The notes beneath the pieces are model-generated. The model had not been told where the DNA came from and ran no database searches. It was given only the letters and a program-made list of their open reading frames with translations. From a virus (taxonomy: Duplodnaviria > Caudoviricetes), in the IMG/VR virus record IMGVR_UViG_3300020045_002517, positions 1 through 41,695 of that record: DNA of 41,695 nucleotides, one strand, 5' to 3'. The first letter of the stretch is position 1. Each line of letters begins with the position of its first letter. The position numbers were made by a program, and so were the translations under genes. Shown here in pieces: positions 9,449-17,502 of this stretch.

Positions 9449-9560
9449 ATTCAACAATTCCAAAACCCGCTATAACAAAAGCGATTCCGATAAATACTAT
9501 ACAACAGCAACCAAATCTAAATAATGGCTCGTTTAGTCTGTCTATTTCTTCGTTTGTCAT
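9435..9560 (-). CDS. 41-aa single-TM micro-protein (MTNEEIDRLNEPLFRFGCCCIVFIGIAFVIAGFGIVEYLKN)
   Basis: Manual translation; ATGA overlap with the upstream gene. Confidence 0.6.
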   Translation of the reverse strand: MTNEEIDRLNEPLFRFGCCCIVFIGIAFVIAGFGIVEYLKN

Positions 9561-9811
9561 AATAAATTATTTTTATTTAAAGAATCGTAAACTTTATTAT
9601 TTAAGTCAATTTCTTTATTTAAATCTTCAAGTATTTTGTTGTTAATTTCCGATTTTATGCTGTCTTCACGTTTTTGAATAAATTCTTTCTTTTGTTCTTT
9701 ATATACGTCTTTCCATAAATAAATTGAAAAGATAAAAATCAGCAACCCAAGAAAACTCATTATTGTAAGCACAATTCTTGATGTTAGAGACATTCTAAAT
9801 ACTTCGTCCAT
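9557..9811 (-). CDS. Single-TM coiled-coil protein
   Basis: Hydrophobic N-terminal helix, charged tail. Confidence 0.65.
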   Translation of the reverse strand: MDEVFRMSLTSRIVLTIMSFLGLLIFIFSIYLWKDVYKEQKKEFIQKREDSIKSEINNKILEDLNKEIDLNNKVYDSLNKNNLL

Positions 9812-9815
9812 ATCT

Positions 9816-10271
9816 CTAAAATTTAAATCCGATTCTTAATACTACAGTTGGTTCCATCTTATTAGGCTCTGCATAAAACTTATTATCGCTTTTATAATCA
9901 AGCATTCCGCGAACCCCGATAAAAGTATTATCCGAGATAACGGCATCAAAACCAGCTTCAAATCCAGCCATTGCGTTAGCGCCTTTTCTTTTTGTAGATC
10001 CGACACGTGCTCCAATATAGAATTTATAGTCTCTAAATCTGTCGGTAAATATATTTACTCCGCCAGAAGCGATGAAATCAATTGAATTTTCGTTTTGAGT
10101 AGTTGCTAAAATGCTTGCACGAACGTAACCGCCACCGCTGTACTCAACTTCTGCTCCGTAAACTACGCTCGGCTTATCTTCCATCTGAACGCCAGACACT
10201 AAAGAGATCGCTCCGAATTCTTGTGCATACCCTACCGAAGTAAATAGTAATGCGAGTATTAGTTTTTTCAT
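9816..10271 (-). CDS. Putative small outer-membrane beta-barrel protein
   Basis: Signal peptide MKKLILALLFTSVGYA-Q, alternating beta strands, C-terminal LRIGFKF. Confidence 0.75.
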   Translation of the reverse strand: MKKLILALLFTSVGYAQEFGAISLVSGVQMEDKPSVVYGAEVEYSGGGYVRASILATTQNENSIDFIASGGVNIFTDRFRDYKFYIGARVGSTKRKGANAMAGFEAGFDAVISDNTFIGVRGMLDYKSDNKFYAEPNKMEPTVVLRIGFKF

Positions 10272-10525
10272 AGTTCGTGTTTTATTGGGTATTTATTTTT
10301 TTTGAAATCTTCAACAGCTTTTCTTGCTTTATCAATACTTCCATAGTATTCGGTTGTAGTAACGCTATACGAACGGTTTCCCTCGGAATTTAAATCAACG
10401 AACTTAATCACATCTTTATATTTTGTCCCTAAAAACCAATGATAATTATGTTCTTTAATTTTTAAAAGCTTTTGTATTTTACAAGAACCATTTCTAAATT
10501 CTAATATTCTAAATTTTTCTTCCAT
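10268..10525 (-). CDS. Hypothetical protein
   Basis: 85-aa ORF. Confidence 0.6.
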   Translation of the reverse strand: MEEKFRILEFRNGSCKIQKLLKIKEHNYHWFLGTKYKDVIKFVDLNSEGNRSYSVTTTEYYGSIDKARKAVEDFKKNKYPIKHEL

Positions 10526-10527
10526 AA

Positions 10528-10704
10528 CTATTTATTTTTATCGATTTCAATTAATTCTACCAACTCTAAAATGCTATTCAATACAAATGAAGGCTGACCT
10601 TTAAAAGTTGCCATAACCTTTCCATTTGACTTAAATGTGATTCTTTTTAATTCAGGATTCTCTTTGTAAAGAGTGTTGATGTGTTGTTGTATTTCTTCCC
10701 ACAT
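10528..10704 (-). CDS. 58-aa hypothetical protein (MWEEIQQHINTLYKENPEL...)
   Basis: Manual translation; fills gap. Confidence 0.55.
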   Translation of the reverse strand: MWEEIQQHINTLYKENPELKRITFKSNGKVMATFKGQPSFVLNSILELVELIEIDKNK

Positions 10705-10711
10705 AGCTTAT

Positions 10712-10945
10712 TTATATTTCAATTACACTAAATGGTATTTCTTCATAAACTCTTTCAAGTTCTTCAATTGTATCAGGATAATCTTCAGATTCTTGATATT
10801 CTTTTTCGTATTTTTTTGATTCTTCGGTATCGCAAAATTCTATCATTGCTTTTTTAACCGCTTCAAAATCGCTTATAGCATCTACTTTTAATAATTTTAA
10901 GTCATTATCAAAAAAACTTAATATTCCAACTACATATTTTTTCAT
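10712..10945 (-). CDS. Hypothetical acidic protein
   Basis: 77-aa ORF. Confidence 0.6.
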   Translation of the reverse strand: MKKYVVGILSFFDNDLKLLKVDAISDFEAVKKAMIEFCDTEESKKYEKEYQESEDYPDTIEELERVYEEIPFSVIEI

Positions 10946-10948
10946 AGC

Positions 10949-11197
10949 TTATTTTTTTAATGCTTCCTTTTCTATTGTCAATAATGCTTCATTCGTGATT
11001 ACTTTTGATAGAGTAACATCAGGATTAATATTGTTTGATTTGCATAAATGAATAAAATTTTCTAAAGATATTGACCGCCTTCCATTTTTCCAATCTGATA
11101 ACTGCTCTGGAGCTATTCCTGCATTAGCAGAAATTTGCCTTTGAGTAGATCCGGTTAACTTTATAAATTCTATTATTGCTTTTTGAAAGTCTTTCAT
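10949..11197 (-). CDS. XRE/Cro-family HTH regulator
   Basis: TQRQISANAGIAPEQLSDWKNGRRSISLE HTH pattern. Confidence 0.85.
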   Translation of the reverse strand: MKDFQKAIIEFIKLTGSTQRQISANAGIAPEQLSDWKNGRRSISLENFIHLCKSNNINPDVTLSKVITNEALLTIEKEALKK

Positions 11198-11243
11198 AAT
11201 TTATTTTTTATAACCCCCGTTGTCGGTGGAGGCTTTACCTTTT

Positions 11244-11429
11244 TTACAAACTGTCTTCAAAAGCTTCATATTCCTTTTCATTTAATCTCGTGTGTAAAAC
11301 GTTTAAACCTGCTACAAATACAATTGAACTATTTTCTTCTGTGCTTTTTTTTGCTTCAATAATATCCGCTTTTAATTCTTCTGTTGTTCTTAACGAAAAT
11401 TTGCTTTCTAATTTTTTGATTAAATTCAT
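11244..11429 (-). CDS. Hypothetical protein (start probably MNLIKKL)
   Basis: First ATG downstream of the promoter at 11463. Confidence 0.6.
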   Translation of the reverse strand: MNLIKKLESKFSLRTTEELKADIIEAKKSTEENSSIVFVAGLNVLHTRLNEKEYEAFEDSL

Positions 11430-11462
11430 AATATTATGTTTTAATGTTGTTGTTTTGTTTAG

Positions 11463-11492
11463 CAAATATACGTCTATATTTTAATTACGCAA
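11463..11492 (-). promoter_or_regulatory. Bacteroidota consensus promoter
   Basis: TTG-N19-TATATTTG. Confidence 0.8.
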
Positions 11493-11518
11493 TAGTTTAA
11501 TTAAAATATTTTAAAACT

Positions 11519-11671
11519 TTAACATATACCCCAATTCACAAAATCTATTTTACCCTGCCATTCGTTTATTCTTTGGTTGTATATATCTGTCTTTTCAAGG
11601 GTTCGCTTTACTTTTAAGGCGTTTAGTTCTTTTTGTAGGTCGTCTATTGTGGGTGTTTGTTGTTTAGACAT
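11519..11671 (-). CDS. 50-aa hypothetical protein (MSKQQTPTIDDLQKELNALK...)
   Basis: TAATG coupling to the MTase stop. Confidence 0.5.
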   Translation of the reverse strand: MSKQQTPTIDDLQKELNALKVKRTLEKTDIYNQRINEWQGKIDFVNWGIC

Positions 11672-12339
11672 TAAAATAGTTTCTGTTGCCCTACGTGGTT
11701 TTTTATTCTTTTGATTGATGAATCGTAGTAGTCTTTATCCAATTCACAAGCCGTCAATTCAAATCCGTAATCGTGGCAAGCTATGGCGATGCTTCCAGAA
11801 CCTAAATGGGTATCTAATATTTTATCATTTTGTTTTGCGTAGTTATCTAATAACCATTGATATAACTGAACAGGTTTTTGAGTTGGATGATATTTTTTAG
11901 AAGCAGATGTTTTCCCATCTAAATTTCCATAATAACGGTAATCAAATTGTTTTGACACTTTATTAAATGAAGTGTAAGCAAGCTCTCCATCGCTAAAGTT
12001 TGGTACAGGATTTCCTTTAAACCAAAATATAAAACCTTTACAGCCTTTTTGCCATAATATAGGAAAATAATTACCGCCCCAAACTATTTGATTTTTAGAT
12101 ACACGTATAAGCTCTTTAAAATATTCATCTGTTGGGATTTCATTATCCCATTCTGCGTTTTTATACTTATTTGCTTTAATGCGTTCTCCATTTGTTGCTT
12201 TGTTAGTCCTATTAAATTCTCCAAAACCAATTCCGTATGGCGGGTCTGTGATAGCTAAATCATAAAAATTATCTGGAGTTCTTTTTAATAAATCCATGCA
12301 ATCTTCGTTTGTTATAGTTATTTTGTCAGTAATTTGCAT
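11671..12339 (-). CDS. Beta-class N6-adenine/N4-cytosine DNA methyltransferase
   Basis: DPPY catalytic motif precedes HPTQKP and the DTHLGSGS SAM-binding motif. Confidence 0.92.
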   Translation of the reverse strand: MQITDKITITNEDCMDLLKRTPDNFYDLAITDPPYGIGFGEFNRTNKATNGERIKANKYKNAEWDNEIPTDEYFKELIRVSKNQIVWGGNYFPILWQKGCKGFIFWFKGNPVPNFSDGELAYTSFNKVSKQFDYRYYGNLDGKTSASKKYHPTQKPVQLYQWLLDNYAKQNDKILDTHLGSGSIAIACHDYGFELTACELDKDYYDSSIKRIKNHVGQQKLF

Positions 12340-12788
12340 AATGCTTTATTTAAAGTTAAATCTGATAAGTAAGTCCCTGTAGTTTCTCTATTGGTATTTT
12401 CGTCTTTATAAGTTCCCTTAAATATATCTGGTCTAAAAGCCATTGTTTGTTTTACGTCTTTATTTAACATAAAACCAACTTGTTTTGTGTCTAAGGCTAC
12501 TAAAGCAAATAAATCAACTGATTCAGAAGTATGCAATTGTTTGTTTTTCTTGCCACACCTTTTAATATTAAATTGATATGCTTTTATAGGATTTTTTCTT
12601 TGCAAAACATTCCGTAAACCTCTTGTTGTTTTAACCTGAACTTTCAAAAGTTTTCCTTCATAGTCCATTACAACATCATAAGGAAGTCCTTGTTCGGACG
12701 GATAGGCTATAAATCCCATCATAATTAATTCTGCGCAAACGATATATTCTCCAGCTTTACCAATTTGCATATCTGATATTTTTTCCAT
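12318..12788 (-). CDS. PD-(D/E)XK endonuclease (group I intron-associated / I-Ssp6803I-like)
   Basis: GKAGEYIV..PYDVVMDYEGKLLKVQVKT..VDLFALV. Confidence 0.8.
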   Translation of the reverse strand: MEKISDMQIGKAGEYIVCAELIMMGFIAYPSEQGLPYDVVMDYEGKLLKVQVKTTRGLRNVLQRKNPIKAYQFNIKRCGKKNKQLHTSESVDLFALVALDTKQVGFMLNKDVKQTMAFRPDIFKGTYKDENTNRETTGTYLSDLTLNKALCKLLTK

Positions 12789-12839
12789 ACGTTAAATGTA
12801 CGTATTTATGTTGTAATTATCTTCTTTTTTAATAATAAT

Positions 12840-13490
12840 TTATTTGTAAATTCCTATTTCGATGTTAAATCTCTTCCTAAATTCCAATCTTTCTTCAGTT
12901 GTAAAATTTCTATCTTGCAATTTTAGCCACTTGATAATCGACCTTGATTTTGAAATAGCTATTTTTATTTCCTCAATATCTAACTTAGTTATTTTAAGGC
13001 TTTGTAAGGCGTTTAAATATTCTAAATAATCTTTACCATACAATTTAACTATTCCTTCCTGATATCTAACAGTATCGCCTGATTTCCACATATTAGAATG
13101 TTCTGATTGATTCCAAATGTTTTCAAGGTGAAATCTTAATGTTTGGTTGGCGCCAATTGATATGTAATGCCCTGCGTTGCGTTTTCCTTCCATTGTTCCT
13201 GTTGCAATGCACGGATGCCCTTTATCAATTTCACGAACGATAGCATTAATTTCCTTTTGTAAATCGTTTTTCCAATCTGACAAAGTTTTCAACTTATCAC
13301 GCAATACTTTAGTTTTCTGCCTTGATTTTTTTTCTTTGGAAGCTTTTACTTTTTCCATTGCTTTTTTAATCAGAATGTTTTTTGCTTCAGTTCCAGATTC
13401 TTTGCATTCAGGAGTTGATTCGCAATAACGGTAGTTGAATATTTTTTGCTCGAATTTATTACGGCAGAAACGGCAATTAGCTTGTCTCAT
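12840..13490 (-). CDS. ninG: NinG/Rap-like recombination endonuclease
   Basis: N-terminal CxxC; LQKEINAIVREID..C..AGHYISIGA..LRFHLENI. Confidence 0.85.
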   Translation of the reverse strand: MRQANCRFCRNKFEQKIFNYRYCESTPECKESGTEAKNILIKKAMEKVKASKEKKSRQKTKVLRDKLKTLSDWKNDLQKEINAIVREIDKGHPCIATGTMEGKRNAGHYISIGANQTLRFHLENIWNQSEHSNMWKSGDTVRYQEGIVKLYGKDYLEYLNALQSLKITKLDIEEIKIAISKSRSIIKWLKLQDRNFTTEERLEFRKRFNIEIGIYK

Positions 13491-13903
13491 AATGTTTCAA
13501 AGTAAAATATTCCATTAAACGGCTTTTCTATTGTGATCCCAAAAAGTTTTGCAACTTCATTCATATATGCAATCCTTTTTTTAGTGTTTTCTACTTCGGT
13601 TTTCTTAGGAAGTTTTGCTAATCGAATATGAAAAGTAAGCATATAATTTCGGAATCCTTCTAAGTCAAGGCTTCTTTTATAATGGTTTACGATACGTAAT
13701 GCAGGAAGTAAATTATCAATGCAATTAACGTTTTCAAGAGCAATATATCCAGGTTTTTCAAATCCTTTCTTTAGCCATTCATTCAAGTATTTTGGTAGTA
13801 CGTGGTCAACTTGCCACTTATCGTCCAAAGGAAGTCCACTGTATGCGCAAAAACCGCCATACTTAATTCTAACTTGCTCTCTCAATTTTTTATTTATTGC
13901 CAT
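13487..13903 (-). CDS. HNH endonuclease
   Basis: KYGGFCAYSG..WQVDHVLPK..NLLPA..NHYK. Confidence 0.8.
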   Translation of the reverse strand: MAINKKLREQVRIKYGGFCAYSGLPLDDKWQVDHVLPKYLNEWLKKGFEKPGYIALENVNCIDNLLPALRIVNHYKRSLDLEGFRNYMLTFHIRLAKLPKKTEVENTKKRIAYMNEVAKLFGITIEKPFNGIFYFETL

Positions 13904-13912
13904 AAAGATACT

Positions 13913-14101
13913 TTATCTATGAATATTAACTTCTATTATTTCTGATTGTGTTTTTTCTTCCACCTGCTTTACTAACCTTTGAATCATTTTTAATTCTTCA
14001 AACTCTTTAGCAAAACTTTCTGCATATTCCATCAAATTCAATAGTAGTTGGTTATCTACAATTTGTTTTTCGTAAAATATTTTCAGGTCTTCAATATACA
14101 T
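13913..14101 (-). CDS. Hypothetical protein
   Basis: 62-aa ORF. Confidence 0.55.
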   Translation of the reverse strand: MYIEDLKIFYEKQIVDNQLLLNLMEYAESFAKEFEELKMIQRLVKQVEEKTQSEIIEVNIHR

Positions 14102-14235
14102 TTTTCCGCCTATGCACAGTTTTTCTTCGATAAGCCTTTTATGTATTGAAAATTTTTATTTATTTTCCATTGCTTTTGCAATATATTTTTCTTTTTTTAA
14201 TTCTTGTTCTGTCATAATAGTATTTTTTAAAATTA

Positions 14236-14541
14236 TTATTTATTTTTTAAGTTATATCCCAAATCCTTTTTTACTTTTTCTGTTTTACGCTGGCGTTCGT
14301 TCCATTTTACGCCCCGAAGTTCAATATGTTTTTCCTGAATCTCCCTTGAAAACCTGCAAATAGTTTCGATGCTCGGTATTTCTTTATTTACAATCTTATC
14401 GAAAAACTTTCCTACTTCCGTTTCGTGTTCTATTCCGTGGTTAATCTTGTAGTATAATCGGCATAGTGAAGCGTTGCAGTCGGAAGTGGCGGGATAGCTT
14501 TGCAGTATTGTCTTTACTTGAAGTCTTATGTTTTTCATCAT
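14236..14541 (-). CDS. Hypothetical phage protein
   Basis: 101-aa ORF. Confidence 0.65.
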   Translation of the reverse strand: MMKNIRLQVKTILQSYPATSDCNASLCRLYYKINHGIEHETEVGKFFDKIVNKEIPSIETICRFSREIQEKHIELRGVKWNERQRKTEKVKKDLGYNLKNK

Positions 14542-14714
14542 TTAAGATTTTTATTACCGCATTTGGAACATGTTTGAATTGTTTTATTTAATCCTTCAAA
14601 CATGCCTAATGTAAATATAAATGCAAAAACCCTATATCCGCCTTCTTCTTGTTTTTCCTGAAAGTGCTTTCTTTTCTTTTCACACACATTGCAATATTTT
14701 TTTATTGATTTCAT
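14538..14714 (-). CDS. 58-aa CxxC-hydrophobic-CxxC zinc-ribbon protein
   Basis: MKSIKKYCNVC...VFAFIFTLGMF...CSKCG; ATGA overlap. Confidence 0.6.
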   Translation of the reverse strand: MKSIKKYCNVCEKKRKHFQEKQEEGGYRVFAFIFTLGMFEGLNKTIQTCSKCGNKNLK

Positions 14715-14717
14715 AAT

Positions 14718-15611
14718 TTAAAATTTAGGATTAGCTTTAGAATTTACTTTGTTTGCTACTTTGCTGTCATAAACCGAATCATCAACAATATACGGCAACC
14801 AATTTTTATCTACCGAATAGCTGAATATTTCAAAAGGTTGGTTTCTTGAATATTCAGGAGTTACTACAGTATATTCGCCTTCATTTTCTACAAAAACTAC
14901 TGTTTCTGCTTTCTTCAATACGGCACTTCCTAAATGTCCGGTTGGCTTTTTGCTTTGAAAATTACGGTGCAATACGGTTATGATGTGGCATTGTTCCTTT
15001 GCGCTCCATTCCAATAATTTCTGCGCTACTTTGTTGGAAGCTTCAAGGTCATTAACATCGTTAATTAAATCGGCTACACCATCAATAGAAACTACTCCGA
15101 TGTTTCCTTTGTACTTGCTTTCAAAAAAAAGCCAATCAATAAATTCTAATCTCTCATTAGCTGACAATTTACGCAAAGAGAACGGAATATAAAATTTAGG
15201 ATTTACGCCCACCATTTCAGAAACTCGTCTGAATACTCTTTGGCTATGAAACTCCGACTGCTCCGTATCAATGTCAATAACATACTTTTCGCTATTGTTA
15301 TGACCTTTTATTGTTCCTGCGTAAACATTTGCGTTTCCACCGATATAGCTTGCCAAAAGCATTGATTTTAAGAACGTTTTTTTAGATTTTGAAGCTCCAA
15401 CAATACAGCTAAAATCTCCATAACTTCCGTAAGGTATAGGATATTCATTGCCTTTGTAAATTGAACTCCCGATTGATATTGCTACGGGTTGCGGTTTTAA
15501 TATCTCGTCAATGTCAATAAAATGATCGTCGTGTATCTTTTGAAAGTCTTTGGTAGTTTCCGCTTTTTCAGAAGCAATCTTAAAATCTGGAATTTTAATA
15601 AAATCATCCAT
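14718..15611 (-). CDS. AAA_25/RecA-fold ATPase, probable replicative helicase
   Basis: GASKSKKT, IDIDTEQS, IDGVADL, VLHRN and GHLGS motifs; downstream of the initiator. Confidence 0.8.
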   Translation of the reverse strand: MDDFIKIPDFKIASEKAETTKDFQKIHDDHFIDIDEILKPQPVAISIGSSIYKGNEYPIPYGSYGDFSCIVGASKSKKTFLKSMLLASYIGGNANVYAGTIKGHNNSEKYVIDIDTEQSEFHSQRVFRRVSEMVGVNPKFYIPFSLRKLSANERLEFIDWLFFESKYKGNIGVVSIDGVADLINDVNDLEASNKVAQKLLEWSAKEQCHIITVLHRNFQSKKPTGHLGSAVLKKAETVVFVENEGEYTVVTPEYSRNQPFEIFSYSVDKNWLPYIVDDSVYDSKVANKVNSKANPKF

Positions 15612-16111
15612 TATGGTAAATTTTTATATCTGTTAATTGCTTCTGTTATTTGATTGTTTAAAGCTTGTTTTATTTGGTCGAAGCTCCATATTCCTTTGAA
15701 ATACTTTTCTACATCTTCTTTATTTTCATTTATCAATTTCTGTTCTTCTTCTCTATTTTCCATAAAATCACAAAGACCTATCGATTTTCTAAACTTATTG
15801 CATTCGATATGGTTTAAATTTCTTCTAAATGTCTCATATTGCAATTCTAAAGGGATTTTTAATAACTCATTCAAAGTCTGTTGAGAGTGTTTTAAATCTT
15901 TGGTTACTTCTATCTCTCGCATAAAGCAATAAGTATATATTTTACCGAATATTGTATTCTCTACAAGTTCTTTTTTCTTTTCTCTATTAACCCACTCTGC
16001 CAAAAAAGTAAGCGCAGCGATATCGTTAACATTTGGTTCAAACTTTCCATTTTGGAATCTCCAAAAAAGTCTATTGATTGCTTTTTCAATTGTAGTTATT
16101 GGCTGATTCAT
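15611..16111 (-). CDS. Hypothetical protein in the replication operon
   Basis: 166-aa ORF coupled on both sides. Confidence 0.7.
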   Translation of the reverse strand: MNQPITTIEKAINRLFWRFQNGKFEPNVNDIAALTFLAEWVNREKKKELVENTIFGKIYTYCFMREIEVTKDLKHSQQTLNELLKIPLELQYETFRRNLNHIECNKFRKSIGLCDFMENREEEQKLINENKEDVEKYFKGIWSFDQIKQALNNQITEAINRYKNLP

Positions 16112-16890
16112 AATTTATCTTCTTTTGGTTTTTGTTTCGGTTTAACTTGTCTTGCGCTCATTAATAATTTTGGCAACTGTTCCCGAAGCTTAGCGGTGCT
16201 TAGTATATTGCTTTTCCAAAATTCACCTTCTGGACTTGCCAAATAGCTGAACACATCCCGAAGGTCTTGTATTGTTCCTTCTTTATTTTCGATGATTAAA
16301 CGTATTGGTGTTACGTACGTTCCAAACTTTGCGTTCTTCTGATGCACGGTAGATGCGTTCTTTTCTTCAAGGTTTTCTATAAACAGCCTTTGGAACTCTT
16401 TTGCGGTTCGTGCATAATGCAATAAAGAAATATCTACTTCCGAAATTTCAATTTCGGATAAAAGCTTTTTGTCTATATTATTTATTTTACTTTCTTTTTC
16501 TATTTGGTTCGATGTAGGCTTTTCATTATTTTCTTCAAGGCTTTCTAAAGGCTTAGCTTTAGGCTTTAATGTAGGCTTACTTTTAGTGCCTCCTTTTGAA
16601 CCTCCTCGAACCAAATTTAACCGACTTTCACAGCTTGGAATAAATAAGGTCGCATTGTGTATCTGTATAAGATTTAATGAACGGAGCTTTTCAATTATCT
16701 TTGTTATATCTTCAATAGTAACACAAAATTTTCTGCTCCAAACATCTTTTTTAACTTCCGTTTTATTATCATTCAGCATAGCCAAATCGATAAGTTCACG
16801 ATACAGTCCTCGCTCACTAAGATTTAATTCGAAAACACTTTCTGAATTACCCCAATCTTTGGGATACCAAGTATATCCAAGCTTAGCCAT
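16108..16890 (-). CDS. Putative replication initiator (DUF1376/YdaU-like N-terminus)
   Basis: WYPKDW..LNLSERGLYRELID; GGSKGG low-complexity linker; WKSNILSTAKLREQ C-domain. Confidence 0.75.
   Translation of the reverse strand: MAKLGYTWYPKDWGNSESVFELNLSERGLYRELIDLAMLNDNKTEVKKDVWSRKFCVTIEDITKIIEKLRSLNLIQIHNATLFIPSCESRLNLVRGGSKGGTKSKPTLKPKAKPLESLEENNEKPTSNQIEKESKINNIDKKLLSEIEISEVDISLLHYARTAKEFQRLFIENLEEKNASTVHQKNAKFGTYVTPIRLIIENKEGTIQDLRDVFSYLASPEGEFWKSNILSTAKLREQLPKLLMSARQVKPKQKPKEDKL
16465..16578. repeat. Putative replication origin: five phased AGGCTT repeats plus AT-rich tract
   Basis: AGGCTT at 16516, 16538, 16549, 16561, 16573; AT-rich 16465-16505. Confidence 0.5.
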
Positions 16891-17110
16891 TTAAACCTCC
16901 TTCCGATTCTGTAATTTTATTAATCTCTGTACGAAGTGTTTTTGCGAATTTTATTGCTGTTGATTTATCAAGCCAAACAACTGTTTCTACGCCATCATGC
17001 CAACTTTTTATTTCAATCCAATTATTTGGCGATTGAGATTGAGCAATATTGCATTGTATAAAAGAATTTTCTTCTAATGCGTCTAAGAATTTTAATTCAA
17101 ATTTTGCCAT
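16883..17110 (-). CDS. Hypothetical protein (start probably MAKFELKF)
   Basis: ATG after an AT-rich leader; the longer ORF runs through a structured leader. Confidence 0.65.
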   Translation of the reverse strand: MAKFELKFLDALEENSFIQCNIAQSQSPNNWIEIKSWHDGVETVVWLDKSTAIKFAKTLRTEINKITESEGGLNG

Positions 17111-17157
17111 AATAAATAAAGGTTTTAAGTTCCAGTAAACTATTAAGTTATATAAAT

Positions 17158-17240
17158 GACAAAACCCCGATAGGCTCTCACACTCTATCAGGGTTTGTCG
17201 GTTAGTCATAAAGACTAAATATCTTCCGTGCAAGTGAGAG
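17158..17240 (-). promoter_or_regulatory. Structured leader RNA / candidate attenuator of the replication operon
   Basis: CTCTCAC near the 5' end is complementary to GTGAGAG in the loop of a ~15-bp hairpin. Confidence 0.6.
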
Positions 17241-17250
17241 ATTGCTAAAA

Positions 17251-17280
17251 CAAATTTACAATAATATTCCGAACATACAA
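17251..17280 (-). promoter_or_regulatory. Bacteroidota consensus promoter
   Basis: TTG-N19-TAAATTTG. Confidence 0.8.
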
Positions 17281-17499
17281 CTAAACCATAAAATTTATTT
17301 TGCTTTCGTAGATGTGGTAGGTTTCAGTAATCCTAAATACTCTTTCAAAAGTATAAGGACTTTTGTCTATGTTTAAACGAATAGCTTTGTGTTTTATAGC
17401 CATTACAGAACGATTGAATACTCTTGATAAATCTTCATTTGAAAGAAACGGAAATAAGTATTCAAACTTTTCCGTTTCTTTTTCTTCCCACTCTCTCAT
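17281..17499 (-). CDS. Small putative DNA-binding (HTH-like) protein
   Basis: W..EE..L..SNEDLSRVFNRSVMAIKHKAIRLNI pattern. Confidence 0.55.
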   Translation of the reverse strand: MREWEEKETEKFEYLFPFLSNEDLSRVFNRSVMAIKHKAIRLNIDKSPYTFERVFRITETYHIYESKINFMV

Positions 17500-17502
17500 A
17501 TA

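Noticed and set aside
11213-11232. Hairpin before the XRE gene sharing CCGACAACGG with 9334-9343
   Set aside because: No T-run, and the other copy is inside a coding micro-ORF; a 10-bp match is plausible by chance
17111-17233. N-terminal extensions of ORFs 16883..17233, 22554..22952, 38206..38688, 39684..39962 and 21500..21802
   Set aside because: They use upstream starts that run through hairpins or neighbouring genes; downstream ATGs fit better
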